Of a stretch of 64,000 nt of DNA, positions 53,301 through 63,685 are shown in pieces. The notes under the pieces are model-generated. The model saw nothing but the letters and a program-made list of their open reading frames with translations, did not search any database and was not told the DNA's origin. This DNA comes from Malacoraja senta (taxonomy: Eukaryota). The position numbers and the translations under genes were made by a program. The stretch lies in assembly GCA_038087875.1 (NCBI GenBank), contig CM075987.1:23562001-23626000 (forward strand). The letters run 5' to 3'. How positions within the stretch are numbered: the first letter of the stretch is position 1; each line of letters opens with the position of its first letter.

Positions 53301-56300
53301 ACTCACCAATTAGAAGGTAGACAAAATTGCTGGAGAAACTCAGCGGGTGAGGCAGCATCTATGTAGCGAAGGAAATAGGCAACGTTTCGGGCCGAAACCC
53401 AAGGGTTTCGGCCCGAAACGTTGCCTATTTCCTTAAGGGTTATTTCCTTATGGGTTGCCTATTCCCTTAAGGGTTTCGGGCCGAAACGTTGCCTATTTCC
53501 TTAAGGGTTATTTCCTTAAGGGTTGCCTATTCCCTTAAGGGTTTCGGGCCGAAACGTTGCCTATTTCCTTCGCTCCATAGATGCTGCCGCACCCGCTGAG
53601 TTTCTCCAGCAAATTTTGTCTACCTTCGATTCTCCAGCATCTGCAGTTCCTTCTTGAACAAACTCACCAATTATATTGGCCGGGATTAAAGAGATGAAGG
53701 AATATGGGGGTTTCAGCCAGAGGGCCCCGGCAACGAAGGGAGCTGCTGCTACCTGTAGGAGAGAGAGAAAGAGAGAAAGAGAGAGAGAGAGGGAGAGGGT
53801 AGCTGTATCACTGTGACTGTACTAGATAATCACACCTGCACTGGGGAAAACCATGGGTGGTGTTGAGACCAGCACCGGCTGGCAATGGACCCTGGGCTCT
53901 CCCCGACCTACAAGCGACTGCCGTCACTGAAGGTGTCCCCTCAACGCACGTCTCCGAAGCGTTGCGGCAGAGGGTTAGCGGCAACCATCTTGCAACCTCC
54001 CCGAGGTGGCAGTCCGATCAGATGATTGCAATCAAAAGCCAAACAGCGAGGGTTCAAAGCCAGACTCAAAATGCTGGAGTAACTCAGTGGGTCAGGCAGC
54101 ATCTCAGAAGAAAAGGAATAGGTGATGTTTCGGGTTGAGAGACTTTTTCAGACGTCACCGATTCCTTTTCTCCAGTGATGCTGCCTGTCCCACTGAGTTA
54201 CTCCAACATTTTACGTCAATCTTCGATATCTCCCTCAGTACTGCCCCTCTCTAACAGTGCAGTGGCGTTACAATATCTAACGGGGCTGCTCCTTGCCTTC
54301 TGGCTGCCCTTCACACCCACCATCCTCAACTTTGGACACCCCATGCTCAATCCTGGTTGGGTCGCTCCTGGGCCTGGCCAAGATGGCCATCTGCGAGTCA
54401 AGGCACCAGGCGGGAGAGGGCTCTGCCCGAGCCGGCTGCCTGCCCCTTTTCCAAGGTTACTTCCGCGCCCGTGCAGTTTTAGAGAGGGACTACGCATTGT
54501 CCACAGGCACCCTGGGGGATTTCCGGGGGGGGGGGGTAATGGAATGCATCGTATTGAAATATTAAATATTAAAATAACGGAATCCATTGTATTACAGTTA
54601 TTTAAAAATTTAGTGTCTTAGATAATTAGGTAATTTTGCATTATGGGGGTGGGTGTGTTACCACGGTTTTCGTTTGTAAATATTATTTTGTATCGTAATG
54701 GAATAAATTATTTTAGATTATATAAAAAAGGCAGTGCAGTGGCCATGGTGCAAGTTAATCTGCCAAACCACACAGGCTTTGACATCCCTCAGTGGAACCT
54801 TACTGGGTCAAAAGGACAGAGAGCCCGACGGTGTGAGAGCTAGCGGCCGAGGCAAGGCTTACCTGACTGAAGACCAAGACCCACACGCGCGCGTACAAGC
54901 CTCTTCTCTTGACCAATTGATCCGCAATGAGCCCTCCAGCAACCGCTCCAATGCAGCCCCCCACTAGTGGTATCCATGACAACCAGCGGCCCACGTCCAC
55001 GCCACTGTAGTACAGATTGAAATATACTTGGGTGTTGTAGGCCCAGACATACCCTGCTGGAAATGGGAAAACAATATCTCAATACCAACACCATTCACCC
55101 CCCCCCTACCGGTGAGATGCAGCGACACAAAACATCTACAGACCACACATCTTTCTCTCGCTTCACACAATGGCCGGTGGGCGCATGGAACGAGCTGCCA
55201 GAGGAGGTAGTTGAGGCAGGTACTATCCCAACATTTAAAGGACATTTGGACAGGTAGAGGGATAGGAAAAGTTTAGAAGGATAAGGGCCATACGTGGGCA
55301 GGTGGGATTATTTGGAAGGAATTCTGTCCCTGATTTGTGTATTGGTCTTTATAACTTGTGTCCTTGAGACCTTGGTATAAGGCGCCCATAAATAAATAAA
55401 ATTCATTATTATAGATGACCAGTGATCACCCCCTGCCCAGTAACCGACACACACAAAGGACAATTCCACAACTTACCAAAGCCAATTAAGCTATAAGCCT
55501 GTACGTCTTTGGAGTGTGAGAGGAAACCAGAGCACCTGGAGAAAACCCACGGAGTCACAGAGAAAACTCTGTACAGACAGTTCCCGTGGTCAGGATTGGA
55601 ACCCGGGTCTCTGGTGCTGTAAGGCAGCAACTCTACCACCATAACTACCCACCTCTGACTCTCTCTCTTGGCTCTGGATTGTCTCTCTGTATCTCTCTCT
55701 CTTTCTCTCTCCATCTCCCACACACTTACCTGCATTCCTGACAGAGCCAGCGAAGGAGAAGAGCAGGAGTGATGGCCGGAGGAAGGGCCGCACACCCTGC
55801 ACCAGCTTGTGCCGGAGGCCGAGCCCACCCGTGGTGGTGCTGCCCCTCCTGGTCGCAGCCTCGCGGACCGTCAGCAGCAGGACGGCGCTCACCACAAACC
55901 CGGGGAGAGCGCTGAGGAAGAAGGCCCATCGCCAGCCCTGAAACAAGCACAGGGTCACACGCGTGCACCCCCCCCCCCATCTCCCCCGCCACAAACCTGC
56001 TCACATTAACCCAGGTGGCTGTGGCCCCCAAGACAATGGAGTAGGTTGACACATTCTTGATTAGTACGGGTGTCAGGGGTTACGGGGAGGAGGCAGGTGA
56101 GCGGGGTTGTGAGGGAAAGATAGATCAGCCATGATTGAATGGCGGAGTAGACTTGTTGAGCCGGATGGCCTCATTCTGCTCCGACAACTTACGAACATAC
56201 GAACCCAGGAAAGGTCACTAACAGCAAAACAAGAACCCCTCCTTCTCTCCCCGATGGCCATTCCCACGTGTAATAATCTATAACCCTCCCCGTCAATTCT

Positions 56301-59300
56301 GTCCAAAGCACCTCATATCATCCGTGGCTCGGACTAGTGGACTAGCTGGCTGGATTAATGCACGATCAGCTTGAAAGGTTGGCTGATGGCCAGCATCAAC
56401 TCAATGGGCTGAAGGGCCTGTTTTGGTGCTGCATTTCTCTACCACTCCTTTGATCCAGTAATGTAGAATAGGGAATACAGCCACCAAATTGTATGGAGCT
56501 AGTCGTGATCAGAAAGTGGTTATTGACGTATCATTAGTAAGAAGGTGAGGAGGAATTTCTTTAGTCAGAGGGTGGTGAATCTGTGGAATTCATTGCCACA
56601 GACGGCTGTGGAGGCCAAGTCATTGGGTATTTTTAAGGCATAGATGGTCAGATTCTTGAATAGTAAAGGCGTAAACAAGAGCACACGCGGGCACAGGGAG
56701 AACATGCAACCTCCGTACAGACAGCACGGTGGTCAGGATTGAGTCCGGGTCACTGGCGCAGTGAAGCAGCAACTCTACCAGCTGCGCCAGTGTGCGGCCA
56801 CGAGGGGGCAGGTTTAGCCAGGGTCGGTGGGTACAAGAATGCCAGGACAGGAGAAGGACCATACCTGCCCCAGGATGTTGGCTCTGGTGACGTAGTTGCC
56901 AACAGCGTAGGAGAGGCTGTAGCCAGCGTAGATGCCCCAGTTGTAGAAGCCGATGGCCGAGCCTCGAGTCACCTTGGGGAAGTAGTCCACTATCAGACTG
57001 ATGGCAAACGGCGTGCATCCCGCCTCACTGAGAAACAGGGGACACCAGGCGTTGAAAACAAAGGTCGCAACATAGGAAACATTCATGATTTCAGGGAGTC
57101 GGACAGAATAGAGAAGGCCTTTCAATGCATTGAGCCTGTGCCTTCACTTCTAGGAGCTGCCAATGAGACATAGAAGCATAGAAAAATAGGTGCCGGAGTA
57201 GACCATCTGATCCATTCGACATTATCATGGCTGATCATCCAAAATCATTAATCCCGTTCTGCTTTTCCCCCCATATCCTTTGATTCCCTTTGCCCCAAGA
57301 GCTAAATCTATCTCTCTCTTGAAAACATCCCGTGAATTGGCCTCCACTGCCTTCTTTAAACTGTGGCAGAGAATTCCACAGATCCACAACTCTCAGGTTG
57401 AAAACGTTTTTCCTCATCACAGTCCTAAATCGCCTACCCCTTATTCTTAAACTGTGACCCCTGGTTCTGGACTCCCCCAACATCGGGAACATTTTTCCTG
57501 CATCTACCCTGTCCAATCCTCTAAGAATTTTATATGCTTCTATAAGATTCCCTCTCATCCTTCTAAAATTCCAGCGAATACAAGCCCAGTCGACCCATTC
57601 TTGCATCATATGTCAGTCCCGCCATCCAGGGAAATTAACCTGGTGAACCTACGCTGCACTCCCTCAATAGCAAGAATGTCCTTCAGGCCCTACTCCAGTG
57701 TCCAAGACCCAGACCTATGGACCTTCCGAACTTCCCTCCTGCAAGTTGCTACAGAATTTGCTTCCCATCTGGTCAATTGATGCATCTGGGTCATAAATAC
57801 ATTAAATAAAATTCCACCCTCCTCAACTCTTGTGTCCGTCACCTTGATATACCATGATCATCTTGAATCACCATCACCTTATTTTTCTACGACAGGCCAC
57901 AGGCCCTTCAGCCGATCGGAACGGTTTCTCGTTTATCCCATTGTAACCCTTCATGAACCTTCAATATTAGTTTTCAAATCAAGTGGCCCTGGCTTCCCCT
58001 GACCCTCCAGACATGGTTCCATCCCGACTATGGGTGCTGTTTGTATGGAGTTTGCACGCTCTCCCCGTGATCTGCCTGGGATCCCCATCGCCACCGCCCC
58101 CCCCCCCCTAATTTGAGGAAAGACATTCTTGCTGTTGAGGGAGTGCAGCGTAGGTTTACAAGGTTAATTCCCGGGATGGCGGGACTGTCATATGCTGAGA
58201 GAATGGAACGGCTGGGCTTGTATACTCTGGAGTTTAGAAGGATGAGAGGATATCTTATTGAAACATATAAGATTATTAAGGGTTTGGACACGCTAGAGGC
58301 AGGAAACATGTTCCCGATGTTGGGGGAGTCCAGAACCAGGGGTCACAGTTAAGAATAAGGAGTAAGCCATTTAGAACGGAGACGAGGAAACACTTTTTCT
58401 CACAGAGAGTGGTGAGTGCGGAATTCTCTGCCTCAGATGGCGGTGGAGGCAGATTCTCTGGATACTTTCAAGAGAGAGCTAGATAGGGCTCTTAAAGATA
58501 GTGGAGTCAGGAGATATGGGGAGAAGGCAGGAACGGGGTATTGATTGGGGATGATCAGCCATGATCACAGTGAATGGCGGTGCTGGCTCGAAGGGCCGAA
58601 TGGCCTACTCCTGCACCTATTGTCTATTGAGACACTTCTTCAGACTTCAGGTTAGTAGTTCAATTGGCTTGGTGTGAATGTAAAATTGGCCCTAGTTTGT
58701 GTAGGATAGTGTGTGGGGATCGCTGGTCGGTGCGGACTGGGTGGGCCGAAGGGGCCTGTTTCCGCGCTGTATCTCTGAAATAAACTGTAAACGGAGTGTG
58801 TGCTGGCATCACCTGATCCCTTGCCCAAAGCGCAGCAGCACCAGGTGCCAGTATCGCTTGGCAAAGCCCATGAGCAACGTCATCAGGCTCCAGAGGAAGA
58901 CGCTGGCCGACAGGAAATTCTTCCGATTCACAGAATCCGCCATAAACCCAAACGACAATCCCTGCGACAAGAAAAAGCAGGAATCTGGTATTAAAGTGTT
59001 GCCATCAGATGCCGGGGGGGGGGGGGTGGGGGGTGAATGATCTCAACATTGGAAAAGCTCTGACTCAAAACACTCCAACACACACCACTCAAACATGGAG
59101 GCTGTGTAACATCTGTAGGAAGGTGCTGGTTTACGCCAAAGACAGACACAAAATGCCAGAGTAACTCAGTGGAACAGGATGCAACTCTGGAGAAGAGGAA
59201 TGGCCGATGTTTCGGATCAAGAACCTTCTCTGAAGAAAGGTCTCGACCCGAAACGTCACCCAATCCTCGTCCCGCTGAGTTACTCCAGCAAAGTAACATC

Positions 59301-60314
59301 ATGTGTTGGACTCAGAGCCAAGTCCCTGGTCCATGTGGACCTAGCCTGATCCAAAACTGACTTCCATCTCTATGGAATCTGGAGGACACATTTGTTGGGC
59401 TTTTATTGGTTGACTCCTGCCCTCCTGTAGAACTATGCATTGCATTTGTAGCACCCACCATTCCTACACCAACCCATTGCATCTGCACCTGTACCAATAT
59501 ACCCTTACCTGCCCACCACACCTGTACCAACCATGGTACCTACCCCAGCATACCTGTATCTCCAACAGCACACCACACCTGTACCAATTACTGTACCTAC
59601 ACCAATCTACCCCAGCATACCATACCTGTGCCTCCAACAGCACACCACACCTGTACCAACTCATTGCAGCTACACCAGCCCACACCTGTACCAACTATTG
59701 TACCTCCAACAGCACACCACACCTGCACCAACTACTGTACCTACAACAACCCACCACACCCATACCAACCCACTGATTCTACGCCAGTCCACACCACCTG
59801 TACCGACCCACTGTATCTGCACTAGCACACACCACCTGTATCGGTCACTGTACCTACAACAACTCACACCTGTACCAACCACGGTACCTCCACCAGCCCA
59901 CCACACCTCTGCCAACCACTGTAGCTACACCAAACACCACACCTGTACCAACGACTATACCTACACCAGCCCACTACACCTGTACCAACCCACAGTCCAC
60001 CGCACCTGCATCAAACCAGGTGGCTTCCCACCTGTCGCCTCCTTTACTTGGAGCAGCATCGCACCAGTACTGGTCATGTCCCTTACAGTCAGCAGATGAG
60101 TCAATGGTTCCCAAATCATACAGATCCAGAACATCAAACATGTGCTCCAAGCTTCACTTGCTAACGGCGATGTGCTTGGTGCGTTAGACAACGCTGCTTA
60201 AATAAGCACTCACCTGTCAAGGTGTAGATAAGGACAAAGACAGGACCAGCCATGATCTGATACTCCCATCCAGTTCCATCGTAGTTCCATTGACAATATT
60301 CTGTCTGGTTCTCG
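50184..60314 (-). CDS. Multi-exon spinster-like MFS transporter gene, 5' incomplete (8 exons found, 1247 coding nt)
   Basis: GT-AG bounded exons join into ...ENQTEYCQWNYDGTGWEYQIMAGPVFVLIYTLTG-LSFGFMADSVNRKNFLSASVFLWSLMTLLMGFAKRYWHLVLLRFGQGISEAGCTPFAISLIVDYFPKVTRGSAIGFYNWG...GWRWAFF...GGLIADQLVKRRG...YEDF*. MFS motif A (GFMADSVNRK) and its C-half repeat (GGLIADQLVKR) are present, plus GWRWAF and many TM segments. Six of seven junctions are phase-consistent. Confidence 0.9.
50405..50925 (+). mobile_element. CR1 3' fragment in MFS intron G-H
   Basis: KDIFAIEGVQRRFTRLIPGMARLSYEERLDRLGLYSLEFRRLRG. Confidence 0.92.
51000..51467 (-). mobile_element. CR1 3' fragment in MFS intron G-H, opposite orientation
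   Basis: GMAGLSYVERMEQLGLYTLEFRRMRG on the minus strand. Confidence 0.92.
51611..51808 (-). CDS. MFS gene exon G (GEMGIGVALTIVVELVAPAVRTPVVAIYIFIISNIGGNAPLLV...PGMFVA-G)
   Basis: Acceptor ctcccccgcAG, donor GCC G|GTACGT; 198 nt, phase 1 to 1. Confidence 0.88.
53077..53300 (+). mobile_element. Tx1/L1-clade LINE 3' end
   Basis: TGTLGDFRDRWAPRG...ECILDKDCNIVV*, T-rich UTR, A-tail; homologous to the 54.3-kb copy. Confidence 0.7.
53313..53659. mobile_element. Penelope-derived fold-back (family B) with a 14-bp TSD
   Basis: Inverted arms with internal tandem copies of gggtttcgggccgaaacgttgcctatttcc; aaactcaccaatta at 53299-53312 and 53660-53673. Confidence 0.85.
53668..53752 (-). CDS. MFS gene exon F (VAAAPFVAGALWLKPPYSFISLIPANII-G)
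   Basis: Long (CT)n tract then ctacAG, donor ATT G|GTGAGT; 85 nt, phase 0 to 1. Confidence 0.9.
54267..54731 (+). mobile_element. 5'-truncated Tx1/L1-clade LINE with a 12-bp TSD
   Basis: LQYLTGLLLAFWLPFTPTILNFGHP / LLGLAKMAICESR...LERDYALSTGTLGDFR; cagtgcagtggc at 54255-54266 and 54732-54743. Confidence 0.75.
54863..55056 (-). CDS. MFS gene exon E (AGYVWAYNTQVYF...GGLIADQLVKRRGLYARVWVLVFSQ)
   Basis: Acceptor ttcccatttcCAG|CAG (NAGNAG), donor CAG|GTAAGC; 194 nt, phase 1 to 0. Confidence 0.92.
55730..55937 (-). CDS. MFS gene exon D (GWRWAFFLSALPG...AGSVRNA)
   Basis: Acceptor ttgtttcAG, donor GCA G|GTAAGT; 208 nt, phase 0 to 1. Confidence 0.92.
56865..57027 (-). CDS. MFS gene exon C (EAGCTPFAISLIVDYFPKVTRGSAIGFYNWGIYAGYSLSYAVGNYVTRANILGQ)
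   Basis: Acceptor ctgtttctcAG, donor CAG|GTATGG; phase 2 in, phase 0 out, matching neighbours. Confidence 0.92.
57170..57685 (-). mobile_element. CR1 3' fragment in MFS intron B-C
   Basis: FRRMRGNLIEAYKILRGLDRVDAGKMFPMLGESRTRGHSLRIRG. Confidence 0.9.
58108..58630 (+). mobile_element. CR1 3' fragment inside an HE1 SINE in MFS intron B-C
   Basis: KDILAVEGVQRRFTRLIPGMAGLSYAERMERLGLYTLEFRRMRG; SINE parts at ~58010-58085 and ~58648-58785. Confidence 0.9.
58813..58961 (-). CDS. MFS gene exon B (GLSFGFMADSVNRK...LLRFGQGI-S)
   Basis: Acceptor ctttttcttgtcgcAG, donor ATC AG|GTGATG; MFS motif A; not in the ORF track; phase conflict with exon A (see findings). Confidence 0.85.
59450..60010. repeat. 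Degenerate C/A-rich minisatellite (caccacacctgtaccaac core)
   Basis: Recurrent ccacacctgtaccaa motif. Confidence 0.85.
60214..60314 (-). CDS. MFS gene exon A (ENQTEYCQWNYDGTGWEYQIMAGPVFVLIYTLT-G)
   Basis: Acceptor ctctccttccacAG, donor ACA G|GTGAGT; luminal loop with NQT sequon followed by a TM helix. Confidence 0.85.
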
Positions 60315-60734
60315 CTGTGGAAGGAGAGACAGCTGGGAAGGAACAACAGCTTTGGTCATTAAAAAAATGTAAAAAGCACAGAGCTTACAGCCATTGTGTG
60401 TCTCTTCCTCTTTCACTCATTTTAAATGATGTTGCAACCACTCCCCGACACTCTTCCACGAATGGTCAGTGACTATTCAAACCCCTTCTCATCTTCCGCC
60501 TTCATCCGTTATCCAACATTCACAGATTGTACAGGACGCACCTGTGGTCAATTTTATCTGCCTTCACACTGTGCATTTCATTTAGTTCATTCTCCTAGTT
60601 GCTCTTCAAGGAATACCTGCTATATAAACTTGCAAATAATAAAGCAGCTCCCATATGTTGATACATTGATTTTTGGATAGGCCAAAAAAAGACACAAAGT
60701 GCTGGAGTAACTCAGTGGGTTAGGCTGCATCATA

Positions 60735-61300
60735 AGGTCATGATGAGGAATAGGAGTTGAATTAGACCATTCGGCCCATCTAGTCTACTCCGCCATTCAA
60801 TCATGGCTGATCTATCTCTCCCTCCTAACCCCATTCTCCCGCTTTCTCCCCATAACCTCTGACACCTGTACTAATCAAGAATCTATCTATCTCTGCCTTA
60901 AAAATATCCACGGACTTGGCCTCCACAGCCTTCCACAGATTCAAAGTATTCCACAGATTCACCACCCTCCGACTAAAGAAATTTCTCATCTCCTTCCTAA
61001 AAGAACGTTCTTTAATTCTAAGGCCATGACCTCTAGTCCTGGACTCTCCCACTAGTGGAAGAATCCTCTCCACATCCACTCTATCCAAGCCTTTCACCAT
61101 TCAGTTTCAATGACGTCCCCCCTCATTCTTCTAAACTCCAGCGAGTACAGGCCCAGTGCCGACAAACGCTCATCATAGGTTAACCTACTCATTCCTGGGA
61201 CCATTCTTGTAAGCCTCCCATGGACCCTCCCCAGAGCCAGCACATCCTTCCTCAGATATGGTGCCCAAAATGGCTCACAATATTCCAAGTGTCGCCTTAG
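60735..61300 (-). mobile_element. CR1 3' fragment (different subfamily)
   Basis: EYCEPFWAPYLRKDVLAL...GLYSLEFRRMRG, KGLDRVDVERILPLVGESRTRGH. Confidence 0.88.
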
Positions 61301-62077
61301 AGAGCCTCAACATTACATCTCTGGAGAACATGGATAGGTGGCATTTCAGGTCTGGACCTTTCCTCGGACATATGGACATGCGGGGAATGGAGGGATATGG
61401 ATTATGTGCAGGCATATAAGAGTTGGTCTTAGCATCATGTTCGGCACAGACATTGTGGGCCGAATGGCCTGCCCATGCACTGTACTGTTCTATATATTGC
61501 TTTAATGATCGGGGTTATCCATGCTGCCCTTCTTGAATAAAGTTACCAGATGTGTTGCCCTCTCTGAGGTCTGGCATCTGTTCTGTCATCAGAGAATATT
61601 TGAAACTTTTAGCCAGATCTCCCTTCCCTCACTCGGCAGTTCAATTTATTTTATTTTTTCAGCTGTTTCATTTACTGTCACGTGTACCGAGGTGCAGTGG
61701 AGAGCTTTTCTTGCATGCTAACCAGTCAGCGGAAAGACAAGACATGATTACAATCGAGCCATTTACAGTGTATAGATACGCAATATGGGAAGGTAAAGCC
61801 AGTAAAGTCCGACCAAAGATAGTGGGAGGGTGCCAGAGATGCATCTGAGAAAGCTCTAGGGAGTTATGTTTTGAGCCCAAGAAGTGATCTAATGTTGCAG
61901 CCTCTCCAATAGTAATTTGTCTAAAATCCCATTGTCTCTCTACCATGAATTCTCTAACCACAATGTCTTCCATGGTAAATACAGATGGAAATATTTGTCT
62001 AAGACCTCATCTATGTCCCCAAACCTTTGCACAAATTGCCTGTTTTGTCCCCAATAGGACCTTCTTGTAGAAAGAAT

Positions 62078-62452
62078 GGAGCTTATAGAGACATAAAATT
62101 CTTAAGGGACTGGACAGGCTAGATGCAGGAAAAATGTTCCCCACGTTGGGGGAGTTCAGAACCAGGGGTCACAGTTTAAGACCAAGGGGTTAGGCCAGTT
62201 AGGACCGAGATAAGGAAAGACTTTTTCACCCAGAGAGTTGTGAATCTGTGGAATTCTCTGCCACAGAAGGCAGTGGAGGCCAATTCACTGGATGTTTTCA
62301 AGAGAGAGTTAGATTTAGCTCTTAGGGCTAAAGGAATCAAGGGATATGGGGAAAAACAGGAACGGGGTACTGATTTTGGATGATCAGATATTGAATGGCA
62401 GTGCTGGCTTGAAGGGCCGAATGGCCTACTCCTGCACCTATTTTCTATGTTT
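62078..62452 (+). mobile_element. CR1 3' fragment
   Basis: ttcacccagagagttgtgaatctgtggaattctctgcc...gggccgaatggcctactcctgcacc tail. Confidence 0.88.
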
Positions 62453-63685
62453 CTCTTCCCCTGGTTACACTCTTGTGTTGAATTTACTTGTGAAAGGCAC
62501 TCAGCTGGTCACAGCCCCCCAACTCAGAGATGACCCTTGGACCACTCCATTAACCACTCCTCCTCAATCTGTGCCAGTGCGTTGTATCAGTACATTAACG
62601 TTAGCGTTACCCAAAGTGTATTTTGTATCAGTTTATAGCAGAGGAAACGGAGGAAATACAAAGATAGAAGAGAAACTAAAACTAAATAGGAGGAACTTAC
62701 TGACTGCACATTTAGTTGTAGAGTGGAGATGAGGAAGATGGGGCTCACGGTGGAGTTACTGCCTTACAGCGCCAGAAACCCAGGCTCGATCCTGACTACG
62801 GATGCTGTCTGTACGGAGTTTGTACATTCTCCCCGTGACCATCTGGGTTTCTCCGGATGCTCTGGTTTCCTCCCACACTCCAAAAACATACAGGTTTGTA
62901 GGTTAATTGGCTTCGGTAAAATCGTCCCCAGTGTGTAGGATGGTGCTAGTGTACGGGGATCGCAGGTCGGCACGGACCCGGAGAAGGGGAAAAATAGATC
63001 AGCTGTTTTCGAATGGCAGAGCAGACTCGATGGGCCGAATGGCCTAATTCTGCCCCGATGTCTTGTGGTCTTGTAACAAAAATCAAGAACATGACCTGGA
63101 GACACAAGGAACAGCAGATGCTGGAATCTTGCCTGGAGGACAAAGTGCTGGAGTAACTCAACAGGTCGGGCAGCATCTGTGGAGGGTCCTATCCATTCCC
63201 TCCACAGATGCTGCCTGAGCCGCTGAGTTACTTTGTGTTATCCACCCACTAGCGATTAGGCTCAGTGGTAGCAACCTCGCTTCAGTGTAAGGTGGCTGCA
63301 ATTTCAAACCCAAGTGAATGACTCAATCCAGAGAGGGTTGAGTGGGGCACTGCGCTTCCAACCCTTCTGACCAGTGGTTAGATCGAGACCTCTCACAAAG
63401 CCCAACATTGGACAGTGAAAGGGCATGTTCCGCTTGTTGCTCCAGCCAGTAGTTCCACCCCCCCCCACCCCACCCCTGCCCCCAATCATTCACCGCCGAG
63501 CTGTGCATTAAATCATTGGGACTGCTTGTACGTTTTGAAACGGTTTTTTTGCACAAAATTAGTTCTGGCAAAAGACCATCAATTGGAGAGTCGGTAGAGA
63601 AAAATGCTGGAGAAACTCAGCGGGTGAGGCAGCATCTATGGAGCGATAGAAATAGGCGACGTTTCAGGCCGAAACCCTTCTTCAG

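Noticed and set aside
59406..60099. Thr/Pro/His-rich mucin-like ORFs
   Set aside because: Degenerate intronic minisatellite on the strand opposite the MFS gene, with no splice-site support.
60389..60460. Possible upstream MFS exon (MSERGRDTQW-L, phase-2 donor CT|GTAAGC)
   Set aside because: The phase fits, but there is no convincing acceptor and no TM1-like sequence; the true 5' exons probably lie beyond the window.
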